Of a stretch of 64,000 nt of DNA, positions 1-14,969 are shown piece after piece (position 1 is the stretch's first letter; each line of letters opens with the position of its first letter). A program made the position numbers and the translations under genes. The DNA is from Cycas panzhihuaensis (lineage: Eukaryota; Plantae; Cycadophyta): positions 233,189,741-233,253,740 of the forward strand of contig CM041465.1 of the NCBI GenBank assembly GCA_023213395.1, written 5' to 3'. The notes beneath the pieces are model-generated. The model was not told where the DNA came from. It worked only from the letters and a program-made list of their open reading frames with translations, and searched no databases.

Positions 1-1636
1 TTTAGTTGTGGTTCATGATGAAGAGGATTGCCATGATTAATAAAATTTTCAAAAGAATAGGCTAAAAGAATCCTATTGGGTTCTCAAAGGGATGGAAGAT
101 TGGCTTAATTTTCCTTCTAATCTTCATGGTTAGTATGAACATTTTAATTTGTTAATTGATTGATATATAATTAGGCTCTAGAGGGTAGTGATAATATCAT
201 GTAGGGGCCTTATTCAGGACCAGGACCATATGCTATTAAGGATATATATAGATTTTTATAAGAAGAGTTTTACCCTCATAATATCCGAATGAAATCTAAT
301 TAGAATTATTTATGGGGAAACTCATTGATCTAGAAGATTGGCCATTCCATATAGCTTGTCATATATAGTACTATTTTAAATATCAAAAGTCTACAAAGAA
401 GAAGGATCTATGGTTTATTATTTTGCATTCTATGTAAAAATAACAAAGACAACATATTACTTATTCATGTGATGCCTCTTCTCTATAAAAGTCTAGGGAT
501 ATAATTAGAATTTACTAGAATGCAATCCTCCTCACCTCAAAGATAAACATATATTATTAGCATTAATGGGTAAGATATATGAAGGTATTATAATTACCAT
601 TTAGAATTAATTGGTATGCATGCATTTATATAATCGATAGGATTTGATCAACATGCATGTATCTACTTGATGTTGATTGGAATTTATTGGTAGGCTTGAT
701 ATCAACATGATCGTCATATGTGTCATATTGTCCTACATTTGCCTATGGCATTACATCACAATAGTGATGTTAACTATTTATTATCATTACATCATAAGGG
801 ATCACCATTAGTTGACTACCAAGGATTTAGACATGCATATGTAGGTTTCATAAGCTATCCAAGTAGATGATCTACATGGTAGCAAACAACTTTGGTTAGC
901 ATGAAAACATGGAATGACATTCTCGATTAGTATTATCATAATGATTAGTAGATTTGGGTTAGATTGTACATGCTTATAGCAATATATTGGGACTATTATT
1001 CCCATAAGTTTGACTAGATTTTCCTCTCGTTTCTACATATTTATAAATACAAGTCAATGACTTAAATTTCTTATGGCATTTGATAGTATACATACTACTA
1101 TGATGATAAGTCAAATCCTTTTCAAGTGGAGCATTGATCCTTAAATTTATTTAGATATTCATGGCTACCTTGGAATTAGAATGGATTTAATATACATTTT
1201 AAATTGATATTGCATTCATATAAAATAGTGGCAATGCAATTGATTGACTTACTCAATGCATGTTTAGAAGTGTTGAAGTTGTAGTTTTAGCCTTATAACA
1301 TAGTAATATATATGGTGATCAAGGTGTGGGGATGATTTTAGCTTAATGGGTAATAGTGTAATGATGTGCTAGGAATAAGATGGCTTTAGGGCCCATTGTT
1401 GGGTCTGAGTGATATATTAGACCATGGTACTTATGTTTTCATATTAAGAGATGCTCAACATTAAAAGACTAGTTGTGGATGGGTTGGTAGTCTCTATATG
1501 GCTTCTTTATTTTTTGCTAGCCCTAAGATTTTTTTAGGGGTTTGGAGTTTATTGTTATAGCATTCTCTAAAGTGAGTGAGGCCAAGTGCGATCCCTAAGC
1601 AATTTTGGTAAATTAGATTCCTCTTTCTTGTGCCAT
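1..1636 (-). pseudogene. possible decayed retrotransposon gag-like ORF remnant
   Basis: Minus-strand ATG near 1636 (MAQERG...), then a stop-riddled frame with only weak gag-like motifs. No diagnostic domain recognised. Confidence 0.2.
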
Positions 1637-1912
1637 CTTATGCTAAAGCATTAATCCTACTTTATAAGGATTTTACCCATCAAAATAAAGAGAAAGAAAA
1701 GGAAAAGAAAACCATATATAATATATCATAATATTCATTATTTTTATTATTTTTGCATTTTCTATAAATACAATTCTTACCAATAAATATTATACATGCA
1801 TATTATATATATTGACATTATTACTTATGAAATAATACTATCTTTAATATCCTAACAATTCTTTTTAATAATTCTTTTAAGTACCCTTTAATGTAATGAA
1901 ATTGTTAAACAC

Positions 1913-2595
1913 TTTTTTTATATATAAGGTAAAAGAATAAGCATGGGTTTTAAAACAGGATCTCAAAACCTTTTACATCAGAAGTCCCTCAAACCCTAAT
2001 CTAAAGTGGCCATGACAAGCCCATGGCCTAGCTCAAACCATCACCTATCATCAAAACCCCTACCATGACAAGCCATGTGGCTAGCTCTGCTACCTCACCT
2101 GGCTCTAATCCTTCTCAACCTGCCTCATAATTTCCTCTGGAAGATCCTCTCTCTAGAACATAGACCTTCTGTGGTTCACTCCCTAGTTTGCTAATTTATC
2201 TGCCAGCTTGTTCCCCTCTCTGTAAGTATGTCTAACCTAAATGTTTTTGAATCCTTTCATGGCCTCTTAAGTATCTCACTCCCCCCCCCTCGAGCATCCC
2301 CAGGGTTACCTTTCGAAGTACCATTAAAATTGACTTTTACCCAAGAATCCTCATGGGGGATTCAAAAGCACGTTTTCCTCTATTTCTCTTGGATCTTAGG
2401 GGTAATCCCCTAATTTCTAAATATAGGATTTTCTAAATTCAAGATGCTTTTGTCATCTCTAGGCTTCAAAAACTCTCCCACTTTAGTGTAGATGATATTA
2501 AAATTTTACACTCATCTATCTGTCTATCTTGAAAAACCCTTCTATTCCTCTCCTTCCACTAATTCCACATCATTAGAGGGAGGGTGGCCCTCCAT
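1913..2595 (-). mobile_element. 5'-truncated L1-type LINE, related to the element at 18653-25044
   Basis: Minus strand encodes LMMWN*WKERNRRVFQ and VKVNFNGTSKGNPG, matching IWNIWKERNRRIFQ and VKVNFDGATKGNPC of the full-length L1. The 3' UTR motifs catgacaagcccatggcctagc and ataaggtaaaa are reverse-complement homologs of 24915-25028. Poly(A) reads as a T-run at ~1913. Possible degenerate TSD (t)taaaca. Confidence 0.85.
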
Positions 2596-3868
2596 ATATT
2601 AAACAGATATCTACTTTTCAATGGGCTACACAGATATTATTGAACACATTGCATATTAGGTTTCCACATAAATTATATATGTGTTCTATGAGTTTTTATG
2701 ATAAAATAGACATGGTTTTCAATATGTAACTAATTATTTTTCTAAGAGGGACATAATGCACTAATAGGTTCTGCACAACTAACATGTAAATCATGCAAAA
2801 TCACATTTTGAATATGCAAATTTATACCCTTACTAATTTATTATATTATTTCAAGTTCAATAAGATGCTTTGAATATAACAATATTTAAGAAATAGAAAT
2901 GATAAACTATTATATTATAACCCTTAAAAGGTTGAGATATTAGAGGATAGTAAGGTTTTATAAATCACATAAATTCATATAATACATATTAATAAACATA
3001 ATTCAATCATTTATAGTAATTTATTTGTTTTATATTTAGTTTAATGATTTGTATTTGATTCAATTCTTGGTCATGTTAGGTTTTCTATAATACAAGTATT
3101 TAGGAAATCTAGCCTATAATAATATAGGTCTTGCATGGTAGATTAAACATAACTTTTTAATTTTTTATTGCATTCATTTCATAAGTAGTTCTTAATACTA
3201 ATTTTAAAATCTCTATCATGTACTCTTTACTAAATCAAAGAAGTTATAATGCTCTAAAATATTCTTGATGAGGGTAACTCAAAGGTAGTTACAACTAGGT
3301 GACACAAACCTAGGGTGTAAGTCTTAAGTACATACAACTAGTCTTAAGCACCCACAAAGGGTGCTCGTATGCCTCTTGAGTGTGAATGAAAGGGTAGTAG
3401 TATGAGGGTTCCTAACTAGGCTAAATTAATGGCATTAGATTAGATGTGCATGTGCATGTACTTAGGGGCATTTGTTAACGAAGATCGAATATAGGGGAGC
3501 ATAATAAAACTATGCTACATGCCACTAGATGCAATTATATGCTTTTTCTTTTCAATGAAGTGCTCTCACTCTTTTGTAAGTGGTTTCTATTTTATTCCTT
3601 ACAGATTAAGGAATCACATAAATGCACTCCATCCTCATGAATAGGGCTAGTTCCCTAGGATGGAATCTAACTTGTCCAAATTCTACCTTTTTTTCTTTTG
3701 AAAAAAATACATGAATGCAAATGAGTACAAATGTAAGAAAATAGTGCAATGTAAAGCAAACAAATCTTTTCTTCTTCTTCTTTGTTTTGTTTTTATGGAA
3801 AGGAGCAAAAAGGGGAAATGGATGAAAAAGAGAATCTAATAAATTAGAATAAACTCTCTCCTATTCTC

Positions 3869-3869
<1 letters not shown>

Positions 3870-3899
<30 letters not shown>

Positions 3900-3958
3900 T
3901 CACTCACTCACTTTCTTCTTCTTCTTCTTCTTCTTCTTCTTCTTCTTCTTCTTCTTCT
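3870..3958. repeat. compound microsatellite (CT)n(CA)n(CTCA)n(TTC)n
   Basis: Directly visible; explains the poly-E ORF 3904-4110. Confidence 0.95.
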
Positions 3959-6900
3959 TTGTGTACCTTTTTTGTTTCTTTTCTTTTTATATATTTTTTT
4001 AAAATAAAACAAAGGAAAGAGATGACAATAAATGAGGAAATATAAGGAAAGGAGTGTGATGTAGGTGCATACCTAGAAAGAGGGTAGCTGGAGAAGTGAA
4101 TATTTGCCACTTATGAATCTTGCCACACTCTTAGCATAATGGAGTAAGAGGGGGTTATACTTACCTACCCCCGAGAGAAATTAGATAGCATTTATGCTTG
4201 TTGAAGGTCCTTAATGATAATAAAAGAATGTGTTAGATGTTAAAAATAAATTAAAGATAAGTTAGAAAAGGGAAGAGAAGGTATCAATGGCTACCTTTCT
4301 AATAAAAAGGGAGTTGCCTATGGCACCTATGTAGTGGAAAGTGAATCAAATGTTGCTCTTTCTTCAATTCTCTCCCTGCAACTAAGTTAGATTTTCCTAT
4401 AAAGATATATGATCTATATTCTATCTAATAGGAAGGATCATCAAAAGATCATAAATACTCAAAAGCATAAAGAAACTAAACCTAATATCTAGAGCATACA
4501 AACAAATTGATGACGAAGGATATAGGTGCCTCAGAATAGCATTGTCCCTCTATATATGTGTTTGGTTTCCTAAGTGGTACTTAGGAAACCTCCCCTTAAC
4601 TTGTTTCTTGATCACAAGGAATCAATCAAGGAAAACAAGTATAAAGAGATGAAGAGAGAACCAAATCACAAAGAAAATGAAATGATGATAAGAGAAAGAA
4701 ACCTACTAGCAAATTACTATTAAGGAAATCATACAACATAGCATGAAAAAGATGGAATAAGGAAAAGGAAGGCTATCTTAAGCATGAAAGAGTGGATTAC
4801 CTCAATCTTGGTGAGGAGACAATGGCCAATGGCTACTTAATCTCTCTCCATAAGGACTCTCTAATGGATATTGGCTTCTTGCTCCTAATCTCCCAATTAT
4901 AAGCTAATTGATTACTCCAAATGCTAGGAGTCTAACAAAATTTTGATAGTATCTCTCTAAGAATTCTCTTGCAACAATGGTCCCTCCCCTTCCTTTAAAA
5001 AAAAGAAGGGATTTATAGATGAAACTAAGGTGAAGGAGTGGTAGATTTTTTTCCACAATGTGGAAAAATTCACCACCTAAAAACCATGAACCATGCTCAT
5101 GGTTTGATAAAGGAAGCCTTAAAATAGGCAAAAAGTGAGTAGATTGAAGCTTATTTAGCCTCTCTAAGGGGAAACAACCTAACATAGGGCCATTGCAACA
5201 TGTCAGATCTAATAAACAAGCAATAAAGAGCTGACTATTACCATTAAACTGAATCTGGGTTGGTGATAATTATACCATAGATATATTTGTAGTAACGTGA
5301 ATATATTTATAGTACCACAAACAAATCTATGGTACTACAAATACACATAGAAAAGTTTATGGTATGGAAGCAAGATTGATTCAGGCTTAATAAATCTACA
5401 TGAAATTAGTAACATTAACCAACAAAAGACCCCTAAGACCTTTATTAATCAGAAGAAATAGTAGGGAAGAAAAATTAAGGCTAATCAATCAAAAGAATAT
5501 GTAATAATCATAGGGAAATAAACTACAAGCAATAAGAAAGGCACCATTTTCCTTCTTAGGAACTATCAGGAGACATATGAGCCATGGATAAGGGATATAA
5601 AACAATCAATCCAATAGGCGACACAAGCACACACCTATCATATAGTCTCAAAATATAAATCAATAACAAGGTTGAAAGGATAGAAACATACCTATACTTA
5701 CCTTGCTCAATTGATCACCTAAATCCCCCTTCCTAGAAGCCAAGAAACATGCTCCTTATAAGAATAATTGCTATGATTAATTTTATCTCACTAATAATAT
5801 TAGTTAAAAAAATAAAATACTTATAATTACTAGACTAATTAGATCTTATTTATCTAGTTTAAGCTATGTTTTGACTTTCTTACTAATTATTCATATAACC
5901 TTTTCATCTTATATATGACTACAACATTTATTATATATCTTTGTATTGCATAATCTAAGAATCATAATATCAAGAATTGATTTGATTTAATATTACTTTG
6001 TTGAGTACCTTAATTATTTATTTGTTTGAAGTAATGACTAGTTTCAGTATTATTATTTACACTAATGTTGGAATATTGATTGCTTATATATATGAAGTAA
6101 AAGTATTATAAATAAATAACAACATACAAGACTTTTGGTCCTCCTACACTAATCATTTAAACTATATAAATACCTCTTTAGAGTGCTTATTTATGTATAA
6201 AAATATGTAATAAACAAATTATTTCATCATGTGCTTTAGATATTACATGGCTCTTAGTTGTTTAATTGTTGTTTCATTTGATTAATAAGTGTTGCTTTTA
6301 CATTCTTCATTTTAGTAGCACATTTTAATATTTTGTATAAAGAGAGGATTGCGATAACACCCTTTTTACATAACCATATCTTATTTGGTGATATGTTAGA
6401 ATATTTTTCCTACTTTAGGAGTATTTTTTCCAAACTTAGAAAAAAAACCCTTAAAGCATAAAATCAAAAAAGTATAAAAAACATAAAGTATATGGACTTA
6501 AGAAAATAAATTGAAGGGAAATCACCTTCCTCTCTCACCCTTCATTCATCTTTTTGCTTTGGTTCCATGTTAAAATTATTTACTTATTCATTTAGGTTTA
6601 TAAGTGTGTTCATAGAGAAAACCCAAGTGTAAGTACAGTTGGAATGCTTGGATTCTTGGTTTCTTGTTTCCTTTTCATATTGTCACATGTTTTATTATGC
6701 TTGTTTCTTTTATATTATATGCTTGACATGCCTAGATAAGGGTAAGTACTAGAACTCACTTTTTCTTTGGGTTATCTAGTTGAGTATATTAGTTGTACTT
6801 TCATTGTTTGATTATGGTTGCTTGTATTATACCAACCTCTTTGCAATAGAAATATTATCTATGAAGATTGTAGCACCTGTATAAGTAGACTTGAGAACCC

Positions 6901-8399
6901 TAGTGGAATTAAACTATTATTGATGTATAGCACAAGAGAGGTCAAGGAGACATAAGGAAGTATTTCTCTTTTTTTAGATGGATTTATAAGGGGACTCATG
7001 GGGATCCTTGGACTCTTGCAATTGCATTCTTACCTTGTCTTGTTCCTTTAAGAATCTCTCATTTATTCCTTATTATTTTCCTTTATGCTTTGGTTTTGTT
7101 TCTTATTTGATCATCTATGATGGTGAATAGGAAGAAATACCTCACTTTCAAGATGACTAGGCATTCTAATTACATTCAAGGACTTCACATTAGAGTGTAG
7201 AATTATATTTCTTTCTTGAAATCCATGAAACTAGGAGCCTTTTGGGATCTAATCTAAGGGTTACTACAACCCCTCAATCTTCTCCCTTACCTCCTTCTCA
7301 TTCTCATCCTTCATCCACTCTACTTATTAGATTTAGTCTGTTTCATTTTAGAACAACTCCCTCCTAGAGATTTTGCTCCTCTTTAAGGTGTAACTTATAA
7401 AGACTTATAACCTTCTCATTCATAAGGTATTGTGTGACCTTCTAATGACTCCTTCCTTGAATGCCTTGGTTTAAGTTACCATATGTATGTAGGAGATTTT
7501 GATGTGTCTTTATCAGAGGCAATTGCCTCCTCTTCCTGCCCTACATCCTTTGCTTAGTTTATTCCATCAACTTCTTAGCCTACCATGCCTTTATTTAGTG
7601 CTTAGGTTTTGGAGACTAAAGCTTCCTCTTTGCTCTAAGTTTCTTATTCATTTGGTAATGGTTCTACACTTAGAGTTTCTAGTTTACTCTAACCTCCTTA
7701 TTGTTCATCTCATCAGGCCTCTATCTCACTTCCTAGTTCTAACCCAACTAGTCTTACCCCTACCCCTCTAACATATTTGGTCATTTAACTTACTATTCTA
7801 TCTACTTTTATGGTCCCTTTATAAGGGCATAATTCTTCCATGATCCTTACATGGGGGTGATCCTTTGCCTAGTTACATGGATTAGCCCCTTTACCTTCAT
7901 CATCTCATATGTCTTCTTTCATGTCTATTTACTCTATCTAGGTGGGATTCATTCCTATTAACTAGGTGCATTCTATATCCTCATGGATAAAACCTCATCT
8001 TGTTTGTATTACTCTTTATCCTTGGCAATCCACTACCACATCTTCTTCTCAACCTACTTGGGGAAATAGTCAACAACCTGAATTATCTTATGGTGTACCT
8101 TTTACTTCTTATCTAGGCACAGATAGGTATCCTCCTCTTAGAGGCAGTGCCTATCTCCTTCAGACTCCTTCATAGCCTAATATTCCATCCTCTTAAGTCC
8201 CTTCCATGGAAAACCATACACCTTAGATAGGCATGCCACATATATAACCACCTTCCCATCTATATGGTGGTTAAACCTTTTATGCTAGAGTTTCTAATGC
8301 TACTCAACCCCCTCTACACTTAAGTCATCTTGCATATGGAGTGAATCCTTCATCTCAATTGAGTGCTCAACCATTCTCCTCTTCCTTAATGATGAGGAG

Positions 8400-9000
8400 G
8401 CCCTGTATGAATTATAAGATAAACCCCTTTTTATAATTGGTCCTCTTATGTCCTCTTCTAACTTTTATCTTTGAACTCCTAAAGGCTAGTGGGGAGTTGG
8501 GGCAAGATCTCTTTGGTCATATAGAAGCTTTTACACTTGCATGCGTTGATTGTCTCACCCATGACCATGTTATGATATAGATCTTCCTTAAGACTTGATT
8601 ATGAAATGCCCAAAAATGGTTTTACAAGTTGCTAGATGCATCCGTTGACTCCTTTAAGCAATTTATAGACTCTTTTATCAACTACTTTGATGCCACTTAT
8701 CCTTTCAAGACCAGGGTAAAAGCTCTTTTTCAATCAAGCAAGGAAAAAATGAGTATTCTTATAACTTTATTTGTCATTTCTAAGACATTTTCCATTCTTG
8801 CCAATAACCCTTGGTTAGTAATCTACTTTTTGACTTGTCCACCAATGCTTTCAAACCTCAAGCCTATCTTAAGGTATTAAAACTTGGTCTAGCCACTTAT
8901 GAGAATGCCATTGATAGATGTTTAGATTTTAAATCCTTTGAGATTAAGGTAGGAGTTAAGAAATTGAAGAAGTCCTCTTTCACTCTTAAATAAGATCATG
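8400..9000 (+). pseudogene. retrotransposon gag remnant
   Basis: KWFYKLLDASVDSFKQFIDSFINYF resembles the Retrotrans_gag W..L...SI..F..L...F pattern. Frameshifts and stops. Confidence 0.7.
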
Positions 9001-9639
9001 CTAGGGAGTTTAAACCTATTAAGAGTGATAAAACTTATGACTGACTTGCCTCTACTCTTCATTCTATCGAACGATCCATCATAACCAAGCTATCAACTTC
9101 TAATTTTAAACCTTCTAAAGATTCTAAGGTCATTCATATTGTAGAGTATAAGCTAGAGCAAGGGGCCAAGCCCTTCTTCATCCTTATGTCAAGAAGATCC
9201 ATTAGCACATAGATCAAAATATTGATGCCTATGATAGATCCAAGTGTAATAAACTTAAACTACTTAAAAATAACCATGCCTCACCTAATCAATAAATAAC
9301 CCACCAAAATAAAGAGATATTAATTTATGTTGATATTTTCCTTAACCACCAAGACATATAAAGTGAAGGGTCCTACCAAGGATGAAGGCCTGTCTACTAG
9401 TTTAAAATTTTAAAATAAAGATAGTTCTACTCTCACCAAGTCCAGTAAGGATAAGAAAACTAATTATCACAACCTAAGACTCCCTCCCAAGGATGACCAA
9501 GACTATTAGGCCAAGACCATTAGCATGGTGGAAATGGCCAACCTTCTTGTAATTAATAACTAAAAATCCAACAACTTCAAAATCCGTTTCCCATCTAACC
9601 CAATTGAGAGATTCATGAGATCCCTCTTCATCCCATTGA

Positions 9640-10700
9640 GATAGATTTTTATTATGTCCTTCCATAAATCACCAAGATAAATGGATTATCCATTGTGGAG
9701 GAGATTAAGTTTGTATTTATGGGTATCTCTACGCTTAACCTTCTTAAAAGTAATCCTAAGTAGAAGCAACTTTTACATGATTTGTTTGGTATTAAGCAAC
9801 CTGATTTAAGTAAAGTGCTTATAACATTTGATTTGTCTTAGCTCAATAAGTATTGTGATCATTGTAACATCCTTGTATTTATTATTCATATTATTAATGG
9901 ATAATGAACAATCAAAATATGCATTATTAATGAAGGTATTACCACAAATGTCATCCATGTTTACCTCCTTAATCCCCTTAATATTTCTACCTTTGAACTT
10001 GTAAATTGGATCTGCCAAGGTTTTAATAAAACCTAAACTATTCATGTGGGCAAGGTCAACTTCCTCTTACCTTCTAGGGTAGAACTATGGTTACTCAATT
10101 ATATCATCAATTTAGATTTATAATATAATATATTATTAGGTTGGCCTTAGATTAACTAGATGGAGGCCATTTGTTCTTCTCTCTTCATTAAACTCTAGTT
10201 TATTCATGAGGGAGAGGTCCATCATCATCACAAACCCTAATAAGAACAAATTTCCTTGGTCAATGCCCTTCTTAAGAAGGATGAGATTAGATCTACTTTA
10301 TTTCACTTAGTTTTAGTGAATAGTTTCAAGTTGAGGGCCCCAACACTAGTAAAGGAATTAAAATTAAAGATATATATATGATTAGTTGGGTTAACAATGA
10401 CCTTAATCATCTTAAGAATGATGGAACCATTCTTGAGCATGTTGTCAATTCCTCTTTTAATCTCTTACTTAAACATCATAAACTTGGCTTCACTATGTTT
10501 ATTCATTGTACCTCCCCTTTGGCTTATGAAACCTAGGGGGCCCCATATCTTTTTCATTAGTGATCTCACCCTTCCTCATGTCAACAATGAAAGTATTTCA
10601 CTCATTGGTGATACCACCAATGTCAATATCAATATTGTAGATGAACCCCATATCATTCAAGTTAGGGTTGATTAGTCCTTAGAATAAGTTCAACAAACCA
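9640..10700 (+). pseudogene. Tat/Ogre-type aspartic protease and pre-RT region remnant
   Basis: YNILLGWP*IN*MEAICSSLFIKL*F resembles the YNILLGRPWIHxMxAVPSTLH motif; followed by DEPHIIQV. Confidence 0.65.
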
Positions 10701-10849
10701 AAGGACTCACCATCAAGTTCTTACCCATTTCTACATCATACCATTTTGATATAATGAGATCCTACCTTGGTGTGGTTATTTACTATATTACTTCCCTCTT
10801 ATGAGTTATGCCCAAGAACCAACGTTAGTGGCTCTTCCATCTTATAGGT

Positions 10850-11100
10850 TAGAAAAATCCCATCTCTAAAAAGAAATCGTAGGTTGCTTATAATAGAAAC
10901 CCATAGCCACACAAGTATTAGGTGGGAGACATGGTGTTAAAACTCAAATATTTTTATAAGGAGTAATAAAAGTTTTCCCTTAAGTGGGTAGGTCCCTTTG
11001 TAGTGATTAAAGACTTGAGAAATAGTGCTTATCACCTTTTTATGATAGATGGGAGTGAGTTTAGAGTCTTGTCTACTTTTAGTTCCTCCATCCCTATTAT
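10850..11100 (+). pseudogene. integrase C-terminal (GPY/F) remnant
   Basis: AYNRN..KY*VGDMVLK...KFSLKWVGPFVVIKDLRNSAYHL..DG. Confidence 0.8.
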
Positions 11101-12059
11101 ATATAACCCATTGTCTCCTTTATTCTATAATGAGCTCAAACTATGACACACTCTGATATAAGTATAAACTAATGACCATTCTCCTAAGCTCAATTCTTAT
11201 GGGCATCTCCACTCTGAAATGAGTATAAACTACATGTAGTTTCTCATCCCCTATTCTTATTACTTAGGGGTGCTCTTACTCTCACTTTTATTGCCTTCTT
11301 GCTCCTTATTCCCTTTTATAGTTTTTCTCTTTGTTTGAGCATCGTTTCTTCAACACCTATGTCACTTCCATTTATCATTTCTATTATCAGGTTGTTACTT
11401 ATATCTTTAGTTTCATTTGGTAAAAGATAGTCATTTTTCTTCATTTTCTATAATTTTTTTTTATTATTTGACATTGCTTATCCCTACTCTAGTATCTATC
11501 TAGGTTTTGTCTCATGTTCACTCTTATTCATCATTCTAACATCTTTTCTTCTACTCTTCTTTAGTTTATACATTCATGTTAATCCTTATTTATCCCTTTT
11601 TGGTCCTTCAAGTTTATTTTTTCTTACTTGTTACCTATTATTCTGATCTCATTTGATTTATCCCTATCCCTAATTAGTAGTTATTCCTTTTCACTCATTC
11701 TCTAGCTTGTTCCTAGTCTATTCTAGCCTAGTTTCTTACCCCTATAAAGGATAACCTTACACCCATAGTAATACCTCTTAGACTCATTAAATTTGATTGT
11801 GGTAGTTTAGACTTCTTATTTCTGTCTCTTTCACTTATCATTTTAACTTACTCTATATTATAACCATGGCTTTTTTCACACTTGTGCATTACTAACTTAG
11901 GGTCTATCGATTATAAACATCCTTCCTATTCTTAGAGTCAATTGAGGGATCGTATAATCATTTTATGCCATATAAAAATAGAATTCATCTCATAGCAAAC
12001 CTATTCACTATCCCCAATCATTCATCATCATAGAGCTCCTCCTTAGCATTTAGGGTAGG

Positions 12060-12640
12060 CCACATGATGGTCTTATCATTACCTACATCTTATTACTTTA
12101 AGTGTAAGTCGGTTGGGTCATTTAGTGACTTTAGATCTTAGTTTTAAATCACCAATTCCATTTAATAATTGAATCCTAGTTAATACTATGATGTGTATTT
12201 AAGTTAAATATAAAGTAGTAAAGTGAAATGTTGACAATCCTTTTAATAGCATTATCTTGGCATCCATAGTAGATTATATGATGACCTTGTTCCCACCTAC
12301 CTCTTAGCAATTTGGATTTGGATCAATTGTGCCTAATAGGTTCTTTGGATTTAATACTATTTTGATCCATTGAGGCCCTTAAGTCAAATCCTACTATGAC
12401 TACCATTTTTTATCTCCAAGTATCAAGTGTAAATTTTTAGTTTGTGATCATTCCCTTTAACAACATCATCTTAACATCTAGGATAGGTTGCATGATAAAC
12501 TAGTTTCCACCTACCACTTAGTAGTTTAGATCTAGATGGATTATGCCCTCCTTCAGAATTAACATTGTTTGGTCTACCAAGGCTCATATTAGATTAAAGC
12601 CTATTATAATAGTCATCTCTTATCCTTCTATGACTTGTGA
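12060..12640 (+). repeat. three diverged ~214 bp tandem units in the retroelement 3' UTR
   Basis: The motif atgat..c.t..t.ccacctac..cttag recurs at ~12064, ~12278 and ~12492. Confidence 0.7.
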
Positions 12641-14969
12641 ATGCCCTTGTCCACTTGTTGTTTCTTCTAATAATCTTTCTTCCAATTGTTTCTATCTTCC
12701 TTCGTTTGTTTAATAGCTCCTTGGTTGTTCTTTCTTAAGTCATGACATTATGCATGGCATGTTTCATCCACACTAATGGGAGAAGTTGAGGGAATTCTAG
12801 GCCTTCTATTATTTCCTAAATCATTCAAGCTCCTTTTTGTCATATTGTTAATATTGTAAGCCTTTTCTTTTCCCTTGCCACTGATAACTTAACTTAGTAT
12901 GCTTCTAGTATAGGTTCCCTTAAATATGTAATTTATGTTTAGATCTCTTAGCTTCTCCTTTTTATAGATCCTCTCTTAATTAGTCACTAATTGATTGACA
13001 CCTATCAAACCCCTAACTCGTAGCTCAACGTGTTTGCTAACTTAACTAGGTAACTATCTTAGTAAAATTTATCCATGTACAAATTCATTATATCCCTAAA
13101 GATTGCAATACTAAAATAGATGGCCTTATTCACCATATCCTCATGCAATACTTATAGCCAAAGATGGTTGTTAATTGTTAGCATCTTATATCATTTCTAA
13201 TATTGAGCTTTAGTTGCCAAGGGGTCAAATATTTCACTAATTTTTAGCCTCCTTAGTCATCAAGTATTATTTTCACCCATGATTTCATGGTTGGATACTA
13301 ATTTTAACTCCTCTCTTAGAATGACCTAGTTCCTACACAAAACATCTCAAAATAGGGGTATTCCATTAACTTTTAAGTTAAAAATTTTAAGTTGTAGTAT
13401 AGTTATTACTAATGAAAACTCTTAAAGTTTTTGTTTTCTATTATTATGCAACTCATTTGGTATGTTGTTCACTTGCACTTTGAACCCCTTATCCTATGGT
13501 ATTGATGATTAGAAAATATAACTCAACTATATATGGATCAAAGGTTTATCCTCCTTATACTACTAGCCACCCATCCTTATTATGACTTGGCTTCTCATTA
13601 AACATTTTTTTATAGACTTATTTATTTTTTTTGCCTAGAGAAGTTTTGTTCTTGGCTTTTTAAAAATTTGATGAGATCACTCCATCACATTTGCATTGGT
13701 TGCATTAAGAATTTTAACATGGTTATAATATTACATGATGAATGGTAGTAGTATCATCAAAATTCTTGACATGATATAATATTATGACTTAAATCTTGAT
13801 GATACCATCAAATTATTAATAGTACTACCATGATTTTTTAATGTGGCCAATGCTTATATGATGTGATCATGTATGATTTTAACTATATTAACTATTATAA
13901 ATCTAGAATTAAAAAAAAAAAAAAAATATTGTCATTTTTCTTTTAATTTTGGCTTTCTTACTAGACCAAACATAGCTAGGGATACTATGGATAAAAATTA
14001 TAATGGTTTTTTGTCAAAATCATGTTCTATAATACTTTATTTAATCCCAAAAGTTTATTTGGTATAGGATCTTTTATGACTCCTTTGATCTTTTGAGTTT
14101 TCTTTGCGTTTAGATTTTATTATTTATCATTATGAGTTTGTGTCATTGTAAATTCTTATTTTGTAGTTGCGGTGAATGTTTGTGGAGATCATTTGCTTGT
14201 TTGTAAAGGAATTTTAGTGACTTTCTCTTGATCATTGAGGCTAATCGATCACTTGGAGTACTTTGGATTGATCTCTTATAGTGCCTCATCACTTGGAGAT
14301 CTCTCAATAAAAATTTTGCCTTACTAGAGTGGTGTCTTTCTATGCATTTTCTCTCTGATTTTTCTCAAAAACTAATTACTTCTACATGTTATAATTTTCT
14401 CTTTTATTTTATGCATAGATTCATCTTCTTTCTCTCATTCGACAAAGCCATCCATTAATTTACTTATACTCTTATTTCTTTCTGTCTAAAATATGGTGTA
14501 AATCAACATTTCCAATGCGTCCAAGAACCTTTCATCACTTGGAGTACATTGGGAGCAATATATTTCACTTTATTTCATACTAGTTTTTATGCTTTATATG
14601 AGTGATTCACTTTTCTATTATTCTTATTTGTGTGAATAACATTGTGATTGATTTTGCTTAGAGTTCTCTTATCATTGTGGGTACATTTCTTTTGCTTTGC
14701 TTGGAACTTGTTGTTAACTCTTTATTTGTGCTTGTGATTAGGATTCTAATTAAGGCCTAGCCTTAATTTATGGATTTGATTTGGGACTAGACTCCCTTAT
14801 GTGCTTTCAACTTGTTTGAATGCTATGCTCATTACCTCACCTTTCCTTTCACCCATTAGTATTGCTAATGGTTTCCATGGCCTTCTAATCATAAATCTAA
14901 GGTGGTTTTCTCCTCCTCACTCAAGTATAATTAGCACATGTCACTCTTTCTTACTTCATACTTCCTTTA

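Noticed and set aside
3904-4110. poly-Glu ORF
   Set aside because: Translation of the (TTC)n microsatellite.
4058-5760. possible minus-strand LTR of an old gypsy element
   Set aside because: LTR-like composition, but no partner LTR, TSD or clear PBS.
14248-14548. three copies of atcacttggag as a CRISPR-like array
   Set aside because: Short, irregularly spaced repeats inside a presumed LTR, in eukaryotic context.
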